Assembly (NCBI GenBank): GCA_965199955.1
Contig: CBDATQ010000002.1
Coordinates: forward strand, 544,001-608,000
Length of the DNA stretch: 64,000 nucleotides
Origin: Spirochaetia bacterium
GTDB taxonomy: Bacteria; Spirochaetota; Spirochaetia; SZUA-6; Bin103
Direction: 5' to 3'
In this document: one piece after another, positions 41,073 to 49,575 of the stretch
Layout: the number at the start of each line of letters is the position of its first letter
Position numbering within the stretch: position 1 is the first letter of the stretch
Notes under the pieces: generated by a model
Seen by the model: the letters and a program-made list of their open reading frames with translations, nothing else
The model's database searches: none
What the model was told of the DNA's origin: nothing
Translations under genes and position numbers: made by a program

Positions 41073-41827
41073 GCATGCACGGGCTTGACCGGCCGCGGCT
41101 GCTGGCGGCGGTCGTGCTGTACGGGATCGTCGCGATCCTGCTGCACCGCTTGCTGTCCGGCACGCTGGTCTACTACATCAACCAGCGCTACGCGTGGCTC
41201 ACCTGGATTGCGGTGACCGGCCTCGGCGCCATGGCGCTGGCGCTGGCGGGAACCGCCTGGCGCGGGGCCCGGCATGCCGGGCGGTCCGAGCACGGCGTGC
41301 GCGTGCGCTGGAGCGCCCTGGCGGTGCTCGCGCTTCCCGTGGCCTTCGGGCTGGCGCCGGAGCAGCCCCTGGGCTCGGCGGCACTCGGCAACCGGGAGGT
41401 TGCCGTGGCCAGCCTCCCGCCGACCGCCCTGCAGTCGACGCCGGCGGGGCGGGCGACGCGGAGCGCCGCCGCGGAGGCCTTGGGTCGATCAATGCTGGAG
41501 TGGCTGGTGGAGTTCCACGTTGCGGATGACCCGGACCGGTTCGCCGGGCAGGAGGCGCGGATCACGGGATTCGTGTCACGCGATTCCGCGCTCCGCCCGG
41601 ACCAGGTGCGTCTCAGCCGCTTTCTGCTGAGCTGCTGTGTGGCCGACGCGATGCCGATCGCGATCGTTGCCGAGGCCGCGGAGCTCGCCCTGGTGCCCGA
41701 CGACCAGTGGCTGACGGTCAGGGGCCGCTTCACGGTGGCGGAGATCGGCGGCGAACGGATGCCGATCCTGGTCGCCGTGGACGTGGAGCAGATCGATCCA
41801 CCGCCGGTTCCCTATCTCTACTACTGA
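41069..41827 (+). CDS. TIGR03943/YcgQ-like permease partner subunit
   Basis: YYINQRY, GFV, RFLLSCCVADA, DQWLTVRG, PYLY. Confidence 0.88.
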   Translation: MSMHGLDRPRLLAAVVLYGIVAILLHRLLSGTLVYYINQRYAWLTWIAVTGLGAMALALAGTAWRGARHAGRSEHGVRVRWSALAVLALPVAFGLAPEQPLGSAALGNREVAVASLPPTALQSTPAGRATRSAAAEALGRSMLEWLVEFHVADDPDRFAGQEARITGFVSRDSALRPDQVRLSRFLLSCCVADAMPIAIVAEAAELALVPDDQWLTVRGRFTVAEIGGERMPILVAVDVEQIDPPPVPYLYY

Positions 41828-41829
41828 CG

Positions 41830-43194
41830 ATGCGGGCCCTGGACCGACACGCGCTGGCCACGCTTGGCGTGGCCGCGGTCGTCGCGGTCGTGGCGGCGGC
41901 CCTGGGGGACCGCGTCGGTTTGCGGGTCGTCTCCATGACGCCGGCGCCGGGAGCCGAGCACGTCTCCACGCTGGCGACGATCGAGATCCGGTTCTCGGAG
42001 CCGATCGATCCCGCCGCGCGTTCGTCGACCCTGGCGATCGAGCCTCCCGTCGAGGGATCGCTGCGCTGGGGCAGCCGCACCGTGCGCTTCGCCCCGGACC
42101 GCACGCTGTCCGCGCGCACGCGCTACACGGTGCGGCTCCACCGGTCCGTGCGGGCAGCGTCCGGACGCCGTCTGCGCGGAGCGGTCGAGTGGAGCTTCGA
42201 CACCGGAGCGCTGCGCATCGCCTACGTGGCCGACGGAGTGGCCGAACGGGCGCGGATCGCCGCCAGAGTCGTGGCCACGACCGCGGGGCAGGCGGTAGGC
42301 GGCAGGTCGGAGCCCGGCGGCGAGCGGACACTGGCGTCGTTCGAGCGGCCGGTGCGCGACTTTCACCAGTCGCCGGACGGCGGCTCGCTGGTCGTCACGC
42401 TGGGCACCGACGCGTTCGCCGCGGATCTCTGGCTGGTCGACTCCGAGGGCGGTCGGCGCGAGCTGCTGGGCTGCGGCGGGGCGGAGTGCAGTGCAGCCCG
42501 CTGGGCTCCCGACGGGGAGACTATCGTCTTCTCGAGGCGCCGGCTGCCGTTGCCGCCGCGTCCCTGGCTGCTGGATCCCGCCACCGGCGATCTGTGGCCG
42601 CTCCTGGACCAGGAAGTGATCGGCTTCGACCCGCGCTGGTCGGACGACGGAGCGTGGGTGGCGTTCGTGTCGCCCGTGGAAGGGGGTTTGCGCATCGTCA
42701 ACGTAGCCGATGGCCGGACGGTGCTCGTACCGACGCGGGCCGCGGCTCCGGCGGCGTGGCGCCCCGGAGCGCGGGAGATCCTCACCTCCGACCTGCGCGA
42801 GGGCGCAGCAGGCCGGGCCGTGGACCTGCTGATAGCGATCGACTTGGCCGACCTCACGGTGCGACGCGCGCTCGGGCCCGAGCACGGCGCCGACCGAGCG
42901 CCGGTGTGGGCGCCGGGCGGCGATCGCTTCGCGTTCATCCGCGCAGCAGGCGTTGGGGACCAGGTGTGGCTGGCAACCGACGCCGGCGGGCCGCACTTCG
43001 ATACCGAGGCGCTGGCCGCCGCGCCGGGACTCACGTACCGGGAGATCGTATTCGCACCGGGTGGCGACCTGCTGGCGGCGCAGCGATCCCGGCTGGGCGT
43101 GGCGTTCCCCGAGCCCGAGGTGGTCGTGTTCGATCTCGACGGTCGGGAGATGGCGGTGATCGCGGGCGCGACGACGCCCCGCTGGCTGCCGTGA
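41830..43194 (+). CDS. Ig-like (Big_5) plus TolB/PD40 beta-propeller protein
   Basis: P..GA..V..IEIRFSEPID..IEP.V.G...F.P...YTV then SPDG/WAPDG/WSDDG repeats. Confidence 0.8.
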   Translation: MRALDRHALATLGVAAVVAVVAAALGDRVGLRVVSMTPAPGAEHVSTLATIEIRFSEPIDPAARSSTLAIEPPVEGSLRWGSRTVRFAPDRTLSARTRYTVRLHRSVRAASGRRLRGAVEWSFDTGALRIAYVADGVAERARIAARVVATTAGQAVGGRSEPGGERTLASFERPVRDFHQSPDGGSLVVTLGTDAFAADLWLVDSEGGRRELLGCGGAECSAARWAPDGETIVFSRRRLPLPPRPWLLDPATGDLWPLLDQEVIGFDPRWSDDGAWVAFVSPVEGGLRIVNVADGRTVLVPTRAAAPAAWRPGAREILTSDLREGAAGRAVDLLIAIDLADLTVRRALGPEHGADRAPVWAPGGDRFAFIRAAGVGDQVWLATDAGGPHFDTEALAAAPGLTYREIVFAPGGDLLAAQRSRLGVAFPEPEVVVFDLDGREMAVIAGATTPRWLP

Positions 43195-43610
43195 AGGCGC
43201 GAGCCGCGGCGCACGGCCTCGCGATCCTGTTCGTCGACGGCGACTGCGTACTCTGCCGGCGCCTGTCGCGGGTCGTGCTGCAGGGGGACACCGCCGGTCG
43301 GCTGCGGGTCGCTCCGCTCGCCGGGGTGACCGCCCGCCGGCTGCTGACTCCTGCGGATCGGGCGCAGGACGACTGGGTCGTGCTGATCGAGGGGCCGCGG
43401 ACGCTGCGGGCCGCCGACGCCGTGGTACGCACGCTGCAACTGATGGGAGGACGGTTCGGCCTCCTGGCGTCCGGCACCCTGCTGTTGCCCCGTCCACTGC
43501 GCGCGGCGGTCTACCGGTTCGTCGCCGGCCGCCGCCGCGCGTGGTTCGGGCGGGTGGAGTCGTGTCCTCTGCCGGCGAGCGAACGCCGGCCTGACGCCGT
43601 CCTCGACTGA
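43191..43610 (+). CDS. DCC1-like thiol-disulfide oxidoreductase
   Basis: DGDCVLC, Y..VA..R..WFG...C. Confidence 0.87.
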   Translation: MKARAAAHGLAILFVDGDCVLCRRLSRVVLQGDTAGRLRVAPLAGVTARRLLTPADRAQDDWVVLIEGPRTLRAADAVVRTLQLMGGRFGLLASGTLLLPRPLRAAVYRFVAGRRRAWFGRVESCPLPASERRPDAVLD

Positions 43611-43723
43611 ACCGGATCGCGCCGGATGCGGCGTCGCGTCGGCAGTAGGCCGGAGCCGATGCTTGGCCGTATACTATCGTTCCCAGGGCCGGAGCAGGAT
43701 CCGGCCGGTGAGAGGAGTTCGCT

Positions 43724-44620
43724 ATGGCGGGTGAGATGCAGGATACCGGTACGTGGACGGTCAAGACCGGGCTGGCTCAGATGCTGAAGGGCGGAGTGAT
43801 CATGGACGTGGTCACCGCCGATCAGGCCAGGATCGCCGAAGACGCCGGCGCGGTCTCGGTGATGGCGCTCGAACGGGTGCCTGCCGACATCCGCAAGGCC
43901 GGCGGCGTGGCGCGCATGGCCGATCCGACCAAGATCGAGGAGATCAAGCGCGCCGTCACGATTCCGGTCATGGCCAAGTGCCGTATCGGCCACTTCGTCG
44001 AAGCTCAGGTCCTGCAGTCCCTGGAGATCGACTACATCGACGAGTCCGAGGTCCTGACTCCGGCTGACGAAGACAATCACGTGTGGAAGCACGACTTCAC
44101 GGTGCCGTTCGTGTGCGGCTGCCGGAACCTGGGTGAGGCGCTGCGGCGCATCCGCGAAGGGGCCGCCATGATCCGCACCAAGGGAGAGGCAGGCACCGGC
44201 AACGTGGTCGAGGCGGTGCGCCACGCCCGCACCGTGCTGCAGGCGGTCCGGCGGGTGCAGGGCCTGAACGACAGCGAGCTGTCGGCATTCGCGAAGGAGA
44301 TACAGGCGCCGTTCGAGCTGGTGGCGCAACTGCGCGCGGACGGATCGCTGCCGGTGGTCAACTTCGCCGCCGGCGGCATCGCCACGCCGGCGGACGCGGC
44401 GCTGATGATGCAGCTCGGCGTCGACGGCGTGTTCGTGGGCTCCGGGATCTTCAAGTCCGAGAACCCGCAGCGCATGGCGGAGGCGATCGTCAAGGCGACG
44501 ACCAACTACGACGATCCGGAAATCCTGGCCCAGGTCTCCCGCGGGTTGGGAGAGCCCATGCGCGGGCTGGAGATGGCGGCGATCCCCGCAGGGGAGCAGC
44601 TCGCCGTACGCGGCTGGTAG
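43724..44620 (+). CDS. pdxS: Pyridoxal 5'-phosphate synthase lyase subunit
   Basis: [44 protein letters not shown]. Confidence 0.98.
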   Translation: MAGEMQDTGTWTVKTGLAQMLKGGVIMDVVTADQARIAEDAGAVSVMALERVPADIRKAGGVARMADPTKIEEIKRAVTIPVMAKCRIGHFVEAQVLQSLEIDYIDESEVLTPADEDNHVWKHDFTVPFVCGCRNLGEALRRIREGAAMIRTKGEAGTGNVVEAVRHARTVLQAVRRVQGLNDSELSAFAKEIQAPFELVAQLRADGSLPVVNFAAGGIATPADAALMMQLGVDGVFVGSGIFKSENPQRMAEAIVKATTNYDDPEILAQVSRGLGEPMRGLEMAAIPAGEQLAVRGW

Positions 44621-44623
44621 CAC

Positions 44624-45289
44624 ATGGCGGTGGGCGTCCTGGCGCTGCAGGGCGACGTCCGTGAGCATCTCCATGCCCTCGCCGCCATCGGCCAGCCGGC
44701 CTCGCCGGTGCGCACCGCCGCGCACCTCGCAGCGGTCGACGCGCTGATCATCCCCGGCGGGGAGAGCACGACGATCATCAACCTGTTGCATACGTTCGAC
44801 TTGGCAAGGCCGCTCTGCGACCGGCTGACCGGCGGCATGCCGGTGTGGGGTACCTGCGCCGGGATGATCGTGCTTGCCGCGGAGGTGCTGGACCCGCGTC
44901 CGGAGCCGCTGCGGCTGATGGACATCTCCGTGCGGCGCAACGCGTACGGCCGTCAGGTGGCCAGCTTCGAGGCGTCCCTGGATGTCCGGGAGTTGGGCCC
45001 GCCGCCGTTCTGCGGCATCTTCATCCGGGCGCCGGCGGTGGAGCGCGTCGGCTCCGCCGTTCAGGTGATCGCTGCCCTGCCCGACGGGCGTCCGGTGGCC
45101 GTGCGCCAGGGCGCCATGCTGGCGACCTCGTTCCATCCGGAGCTCACCGGGGACTACCGGTTCCATCGGTACTTCTGCTCGTTGCACGGGGCTGCGGCCG
45201 TCCGGCCCGGCGGTGCGGCGCAGCAGGGACGTGCGGCCGCGGCGCCGGTCGCAGGCCGCGCAAGGCCGGCCGAGAGCCGGCTCCGCTGA
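44624..45289 (+). CDS. pdxT: PLP synthase glutaminase subunit
   Basis: GVLALQGD, PGGESTT, GTCAGMI, FIRAP, FHPELT. Confidence 0.97.
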   Translation: MAVGVLALQGDVREHLHALAAIGQPASPVRTAAHLAAVDALIIPGGESTTIINLLHTFDLARPLCDRLTGGMPVWGTCAGMIVLAAEVLDPRPEPLRLMDISVRRNAYGRQVASFEASLDVRELGPPPFCGIFIRAPAVERVGSAVQVIAALPDGRPVAVRQGAMLATSFHPELTGDYRFHRYFCSLHGAAAVRPGGAAQQGRAAAAPVAGRARPAESRLR

Positions 45290-45297
45290 CGGCGCAC

Positions 45298-46047
45298 ATG
45301 TCCGACACGCGCACGGGGGCGGCCGAACGGGAGCGGGCGCGGCGGATCCGCGACAACTACGACGCGGTACGGGAGCGCGTGGACGCGGCTGCCGCGCGCG
45401 CCGGCCGGGCTGTCGACTCGGTCCGGATGATGGCGGTGACCAAGGGGTTCGACGTGGATCACGCCCTGGCCGCGGTCGCCGCCGGACTGGATCTGTTGGG
45501 CGAGAACCGGGTGCAGGAGGCGGCCGGCAAGCATGGCGACCGCTCCAGGCATGGAGGGTGTTCGCGGCCGTACGAGTTGCACCTGGTCGGTCACCTGCAG
45601 CGCAACAAGGCCAGGGATGCGGCGCGGCTGTTCGACGCGGTGCAGTCGATAGATGCCGTGCACACGGCTGCCGCTCTGGAGCGGCGCTGCGCGGTGCTCG
45701 GCCGAACGATGCCGATCCTGCTGGAGCTGAACGCCTCCGGCGAGCCGACCAAGGCCGGCTTTCCGGCTGCGGATGACCTGCTGGCGTCCGCGGAAGAGAT
45801 CGCCGCAGGCTGTCCGCATCTGTCGCTGGCCGGAGTCATGACGATCGGCGCGCACACGGACGACGAGGCGGCGGTGCGCGCCTCGTTCGCGCGGCTGCGG
45901 GCGGTCCACGAACGCCTGCTCGGCAACCACCCGGAAGCCCGGGTGTTGTCGATGGGCATGTCGCAGGACTACGAGCTGGCGATCGAGGAGGGCGCGACGC
46001 TGATCAGGCTCGGCACGGCGCTGCTCGGGCCGCGGCCTGCGCCATGA
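45298..46047 (+). CDS. yggS: PLP homeostasis protein YggS
   Basis: AVTK, GENRVQE, GHLQRNK, LSMGMS.DY..AIEEG...RLGT. Confidence 0.95.
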   Translation: MSDTRTGAAERERARRIRDNYDAVRERVDAAAARAGRAVDSVRMMAVTKGFDVDHALAAVAAGLDLLGENRVQEAAGKHGDRSRHGGCSRPYELHLVGHLQRNKARDAARLFDAVQSIDAVHTAAALERRCAVLGRTMPILLELNASGEPTKAGFPAADDLLASAEEIAAGCPHLSLAGVMTIGAHTDDEAAVRASFARLRAVHERLLGNHPEARVLSMGMSQDYELAIEEGATLIRLGTALLGPRPAP

Positions 46048-46490
46048 GACAACCGGCGATGAGACGTCCGGCCATGAGCCGACTGGCAGCGGCGCTGCTG
46101 ATCGGAGCCGTGGCCGGCGCGGCGTGGGGCCAGGAACCGGCTGGTGCCGGCGAAGAGGGGGCGGCGGCCCTGCTCGAACCGGTTCCGTACGAACGTTCCG
46201 AGTTCCCGGATTGGGCGCACGCGCTGCGCCGCGCCGAGGTGGTGGCGATCGGTTCCCTGCCGCTGACGCTGTTCGGCGTCCGGCTGCTGTACGACTATAC
46301 CCGCTACGTCGCGCACGGCTTCGCCGAAGAGGTGCGGCCGTTCCCGTTCCAGCCCATCGGCGGCGGTGCGACGCTCACGGAGTCGGAGATGCTCGGGATC
46401 GTCATCGGCGCGGCGGCGCTGTCGGTCGTGATCGCGCTCATCGACGCCGACATGCGCGCGGCAGCACCTGCCGACCGGCAGGTGCCGTGA
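46044..46490 (+). CDS. Hypothetical membrane protein
   Basis: PYERSEFPDWA..LRRAEVV..GSLP plus TM helices; coupled by ATGA/GTGA overlaps. Confidence 0.75.
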   Translation: MRQPAMRRPAMSRLAAALLIGAVAGAAWGQEPAGAGEEGAAALLEPVPYERSEFPDWAHALRRAEVVAIGSLPLTLFGVRLLYDYTRYVAHGFAEEVRPFPFQPIGGGATLTESEMLGIVIGAAALSVVIALIDADMRAAAPADRQVP

Positions 46491-47446
46491 GGTCGTCGGA
46501 AACGCTCGTCGGTGACGAGCGCTTCGCGGGAGCGCGGCTGGACAGCTATCTGGCGACCGGTTTGCGGCTGTTTCCCCGCAGCCAGGCGCGGGCACGTGTC
46601 GACGTGGTCACCGTCAACGGCCGTCCCGCGAAGCTGGCGACGCGTCTGTGCCCGGGCGACCGCGTGGCGGTCAGCTACCGCGACCCGGAGCCGCTGACTG
46701 CGGTGGCGGAGGAGATGGAGCTGTCGATCCTCCATGAAGACGGCGACGCCATCGTGCTGGACAAGCCTTCCGGCGTGGTCACCCACCCCGGGGCAGGGAA
46801 CCGGACCGGCACCCTCCTGAACGGCGTGCTCGGCCACTGCGACCGGCTGCGTGACGCATTTCCGGACGAGCCGGCCAGGCCGGGCGTGGTGCATCGGCTG
46901 GACAAGGAGACCTCGGGAGTCATCGTCTTCGCCAAGTCGCCGCACGCGCATCTGGCGTTGATCCGCCAGTTCGCCCAGCGGCGCGTGGACAAGCGATACC
47001 TGGCGGTGGTCGACGGACGCCCGCCGGAAGCCGGCGGCACCGTTGACCTGCCGATCGGTCGCGACGACCGCGACCGGACCCGGTTCTCGGTGGCCGCCCG
47101 GGGCAGGCCGGCGATCACCCGCTACCGGCTGCTCGGCGGACTGGCGGACGGACGTTCGCTGGTGCTCCTGGCCCCGGTGACCGGCCGGACCCACCAGTTG
47201 CGCGTGCACCTGGCGGCGCTCGGCTGTCCCGTGGCCGGCGACATGGTGTACGGGAAGCGGCGCCGGTCGGAGCCGGCGTCGATGCTGCTACACGCGTCAA
47301 TGCTCCTGCATTCCGCCTCGCTGTGGCTGCGGCTACCGGGCGCGGAGGAGCCCAGTCGGTTCCGGGCTCCGCTGCCGGAGCGGTTCCGGGCGGCGCCGGG
47401 CGTGGTCGACTGCCTGCGGATGGTCAGTCCCGCAGGTGGACGTTGA
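46487..47446 (+). CDS. RluA-family pseudouridine synthase (RluD-like, S4 domain)
   Basis: RLDSYL, DKPSG, VHRLDKETSG, TGRTHQLRVH, GD.VYG. Confidence 0.94.
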   Translation: MRSSETLVGDERFAGARLDSYLATGLRLFPRSQARARVDVVTVNGRPAKLATRLCPGDRVAVSYRDPEPLTAVAEEMELSILHEDGDAIVLDKPSGVVTHPGAGNRTGTLLNGVLGHCDRLRDAFPDEPARPGVVHRLDKETSGVIVFAKSPHAHLALIRQFAQRRVDKRYLAVVDGRPPEAGGTVDLPIGRDDRDRTRFSVAARGRPAITRYRLLGGLADGRSLVLLAPVTGRTHQLRVHLAALGCPVAGDMVYGKRRRSEPASMLLHASMLLHSASLWLRLPGAEEPSRFRAPLPERFRAAPGVVDCLRMVSPAGGR

Positions 47447-47984
47447 ACCGGCGCTCGATGCCGATCGTGGTCGGCGGCCCATGGCCCGGAAGCACGACTT
47501 CGTGGTCGGCACGGCTGAGCAGCCGCTCGCGGACGGACCGCTGCAGCGTGGCCCGACCTTCCGCCGTCGCCGCGCTGCCGATGGCCCCGGCCGCCAGCGT
47601 GTCGCCGGTAAAGATCACCGGTGGCAGCGCATAGCAGACTGAATCTTCGGTGTGACCGGGCGTCGACAGCACCTCGAAGGTGAGCGCGCCGATGCGCAGC
47701 GTCTGCCCGCCAGCGACGAGGGTGGTGGGAAGCTCGGCGACCGCAGCGGCGGCGTAGATCTCGGCGCCGAACACTTTCTGGATCGCGCCCGCGCCCGCAC
47801 AGTGGCTGGGGTGAGAATGTGTGAGCATTACCGCACTCGGCGGCAGATCGCGCTGCTCGATGTGGCCGACGAGGGCGGCGTTCAGGTAGCCGGGATCGAC
47901 CAGGACGCTGTAGCCGCCGGCGTCCGGCCCGATCAGGTAACAGGTGGCGAAGCCACCGACCGCGAAATGCGTGGAGATGGTCAT
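47424..47984 (-). CDS. MBL-fold metallo-hydrolase
   Basis: LVDPG, THSHPSH, TPGHT, FTGD, PGHG. Confidence 0.88.
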   Translation of the reverse strand: MTISTHFAVGGFATCYLIGPDAGGYSVLVDPGYLNAALVGHIEQRDLPPSAVMLTHSHPSHCAGAGAIQKVFGAEIYAAAAVAELPTTLVAGGQTLRIGALTFEVLSTPGHTEDSVCYALPPVIFTGDTLAAGAIGSAATAEGRATLQRSVRERLLSRADHEVVLPGHGPPTTIGIERRFNVHLRD

Positions 47985-48001
47985 CGCGGGTTTCGGGCCG
48001 C

Positions 48002-48583
48002 TCAGCGGCGATGCGCTTCGGCCAGGTTGGAGCCCGGTGTGGCCAGATCCCCCAGGTCCGCCAGCTCCAGATGCGCGTGATAGAGGTTGCAGTCGTCCAT
48101 CGTGACCTGCCGCAGCCTGCCGCCGATGAAGCGGGACGACGTCAGGTCGCAGCTACCGAAGAGCGTGCGGGAGATAGTCGCGGCCACGAAGTTGCAGCGC
48201 TGCACGTCGCAGTCGTCGAAATGGCAGTCGCTGAGCTCGCTGCCCGCCAGGATCACCGCTGCCAGCCGGCAGCCGACGAAGCGGCACTCGGACAGCACCG
48301 CGTCGTGCAGGAACACCAGGCTCAGATGGCATCCTTCGAACGACACCCGCTCCAGCGTGGCTCCGACCAGGCGGGTGCCTACCAGGCATCGCTCGCGGAT
48401 GTGCCGATCGCGGACCCGTACCCCGCTCACGTCGACGTGGGTCAGGTCGGCTCCTTCCGCGAAGCGGCGTCGCGCTCGTCGCTGGTAGGCCTGCTCGTCC
48501 GCGACGTGGGCATGGCAGCTATCCTCGCCGGTGAGCGCCGGCGCCGGGCAGGTGGGTACGGCGCAGGGGGCCGCCTGGGTCAT
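48002..48583 (-). CDS. Pentapeptide-repeat protein with N-terminal Cys/His motif (start 48583 or 48592)
   Basis: Five-residue periodic L/F repeats; C-x4-C-x10-C-x2-H at the N-terminus. Confidence 0.82.
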   Translation of the reverse strand: MTQAAPCAVPTCPAPALTGEDSCHAHVADEQAYQRRARRRFAEGADLTHVDVSGVRVRDRHIRERCLVGTRLVGATLERVSFEGCHLSLVFLHDAVLSECRFVGCRLAAVILAGSELSDCHFDDCDVQRCNFVAATISRTLFGSCDLTSSRFIGGRLRQVTMDDCNLYHAHLELADLGDLATPGSNLAEAHRR

Positions 48584-48639
48584 CGCCGTCACCGTATCAC
48601 GCCTTGCGCGCTCGACGGCCGTTGGGCGACAGTCGCGCG

Positions 48640-49575
48640 GTGAGCATCATCACGGGACAGGTGCACCGCAGCGGCGGCAGCGTCTACGACGTCGGCGTGG
48701 ACGGGTCGCTCATACGCTGCCGGATCAAGGGAAAGACCCTGGCGGTCGAAGAGCGCGTCCATGCGCCGATCGCCGTGGGAGACTTCCTGGAGATCGAGCC
48801 CGATCCTTACGAGGACGCCGCCGGCTGGATCCTGAACCGGCTGGAGCGCACGACGCAGATCGATCGGTGGAGTCGCAAGCACCGCGCGATGCAGGTGCTT
48901 GCCGCCAACGTCGACCAGGTGGCCTGCGTGACCGCCCCGCGCTCGCCCCCGTTCCGTCCGCGGTTCATCGACCGCCTGCTCGTGTCCGCCGAGCATGCCG
49001 GCGTCGAGTCCCTGATCATTCTCAACAAGGCCGACCTGGGCATTCCGGCGACGGTGGCTGAACGCATCGCCGACTTCCGGAGGATGGGCTACCGGGTGCT
49101 TGCGTGCTCGGCCGTCACCGGTGAGGGAGTGGCGGAGGCGCGGGCGGCGCTGGGCTCGGCGTTGACGCTGATGTGCGGTCAGTCGGGGGTGGGAAAATCC
49201 AGCCTGCTGAACGCCTGGGATCCCGGCCTGGAGCTGCGCACCGGCGCGGTGTCGCGCAAGTTCGACCGGGGCGTGCACACGACGATCCGTGCCGAGCTGC
49301 TGGAGCTCGCCGACGGAGGGCGCCTGATCGACAGTCCCGGCATTCGCGAGCTGGAGCTGGGCGCCATCGACGCGCGCGACATCCGCCACCGTTTTCGCGA
49401 CTTCCAGCGCTGGCTGCTGCGCTGCGAGTACAGCGCCTGCCTGTGCGACGGCGAACCGGGCTGCGCGGTGCGCGCGGCGGCGGAGGCGGGCCAGATCCAT
49501 CCCGACCGCTACGAAAGTTACCTGCGGTTGCTGCGGGAAGTGCTCGATCGAGAGCGCGAGCGAGCGCACGCATGA
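48640..49575 (+). CDS. rsgA: Ribosome small subunit-dependent GTPase A
   Basis: AANVDQ, NKADL, GQSGVGKSSL, HTT, DSPGIRE, Cys-rich tail. Confidence 0.95.
   Translation: MSIITGQVHRSGGSVYDVGVDGSLIRCRIKGKTLAVEERVHAPIAVGDFLEIEPDPYEDAAGWILNRLERTTQIDRWSRKHRAMQVLAANVDQVACVTAPRSPPFRPRFIDRLLVSAEHAGVESLIILNKADLGIPATVAERIADFRRMGYRVLACSAVTGEGVAEARAALGSALTLMCGQSGVGKSSLLNAWDPGLELRTGAVSRKFDRGVHTTIRAELLELADGGRLIDSPGIRELELGAIDARDIRHRFRDFQRWLLRCEYSACLCDGEPGCAVRAAAEAGQIHPDRYESYLRLLREVLDRERERAHA

Noticed and set aside
39877..43610. Integrative island at tRNA-Val
   Set aside because: No integrase, no duplicated tRNA 3' end found by eye, and no obvious composition shift.
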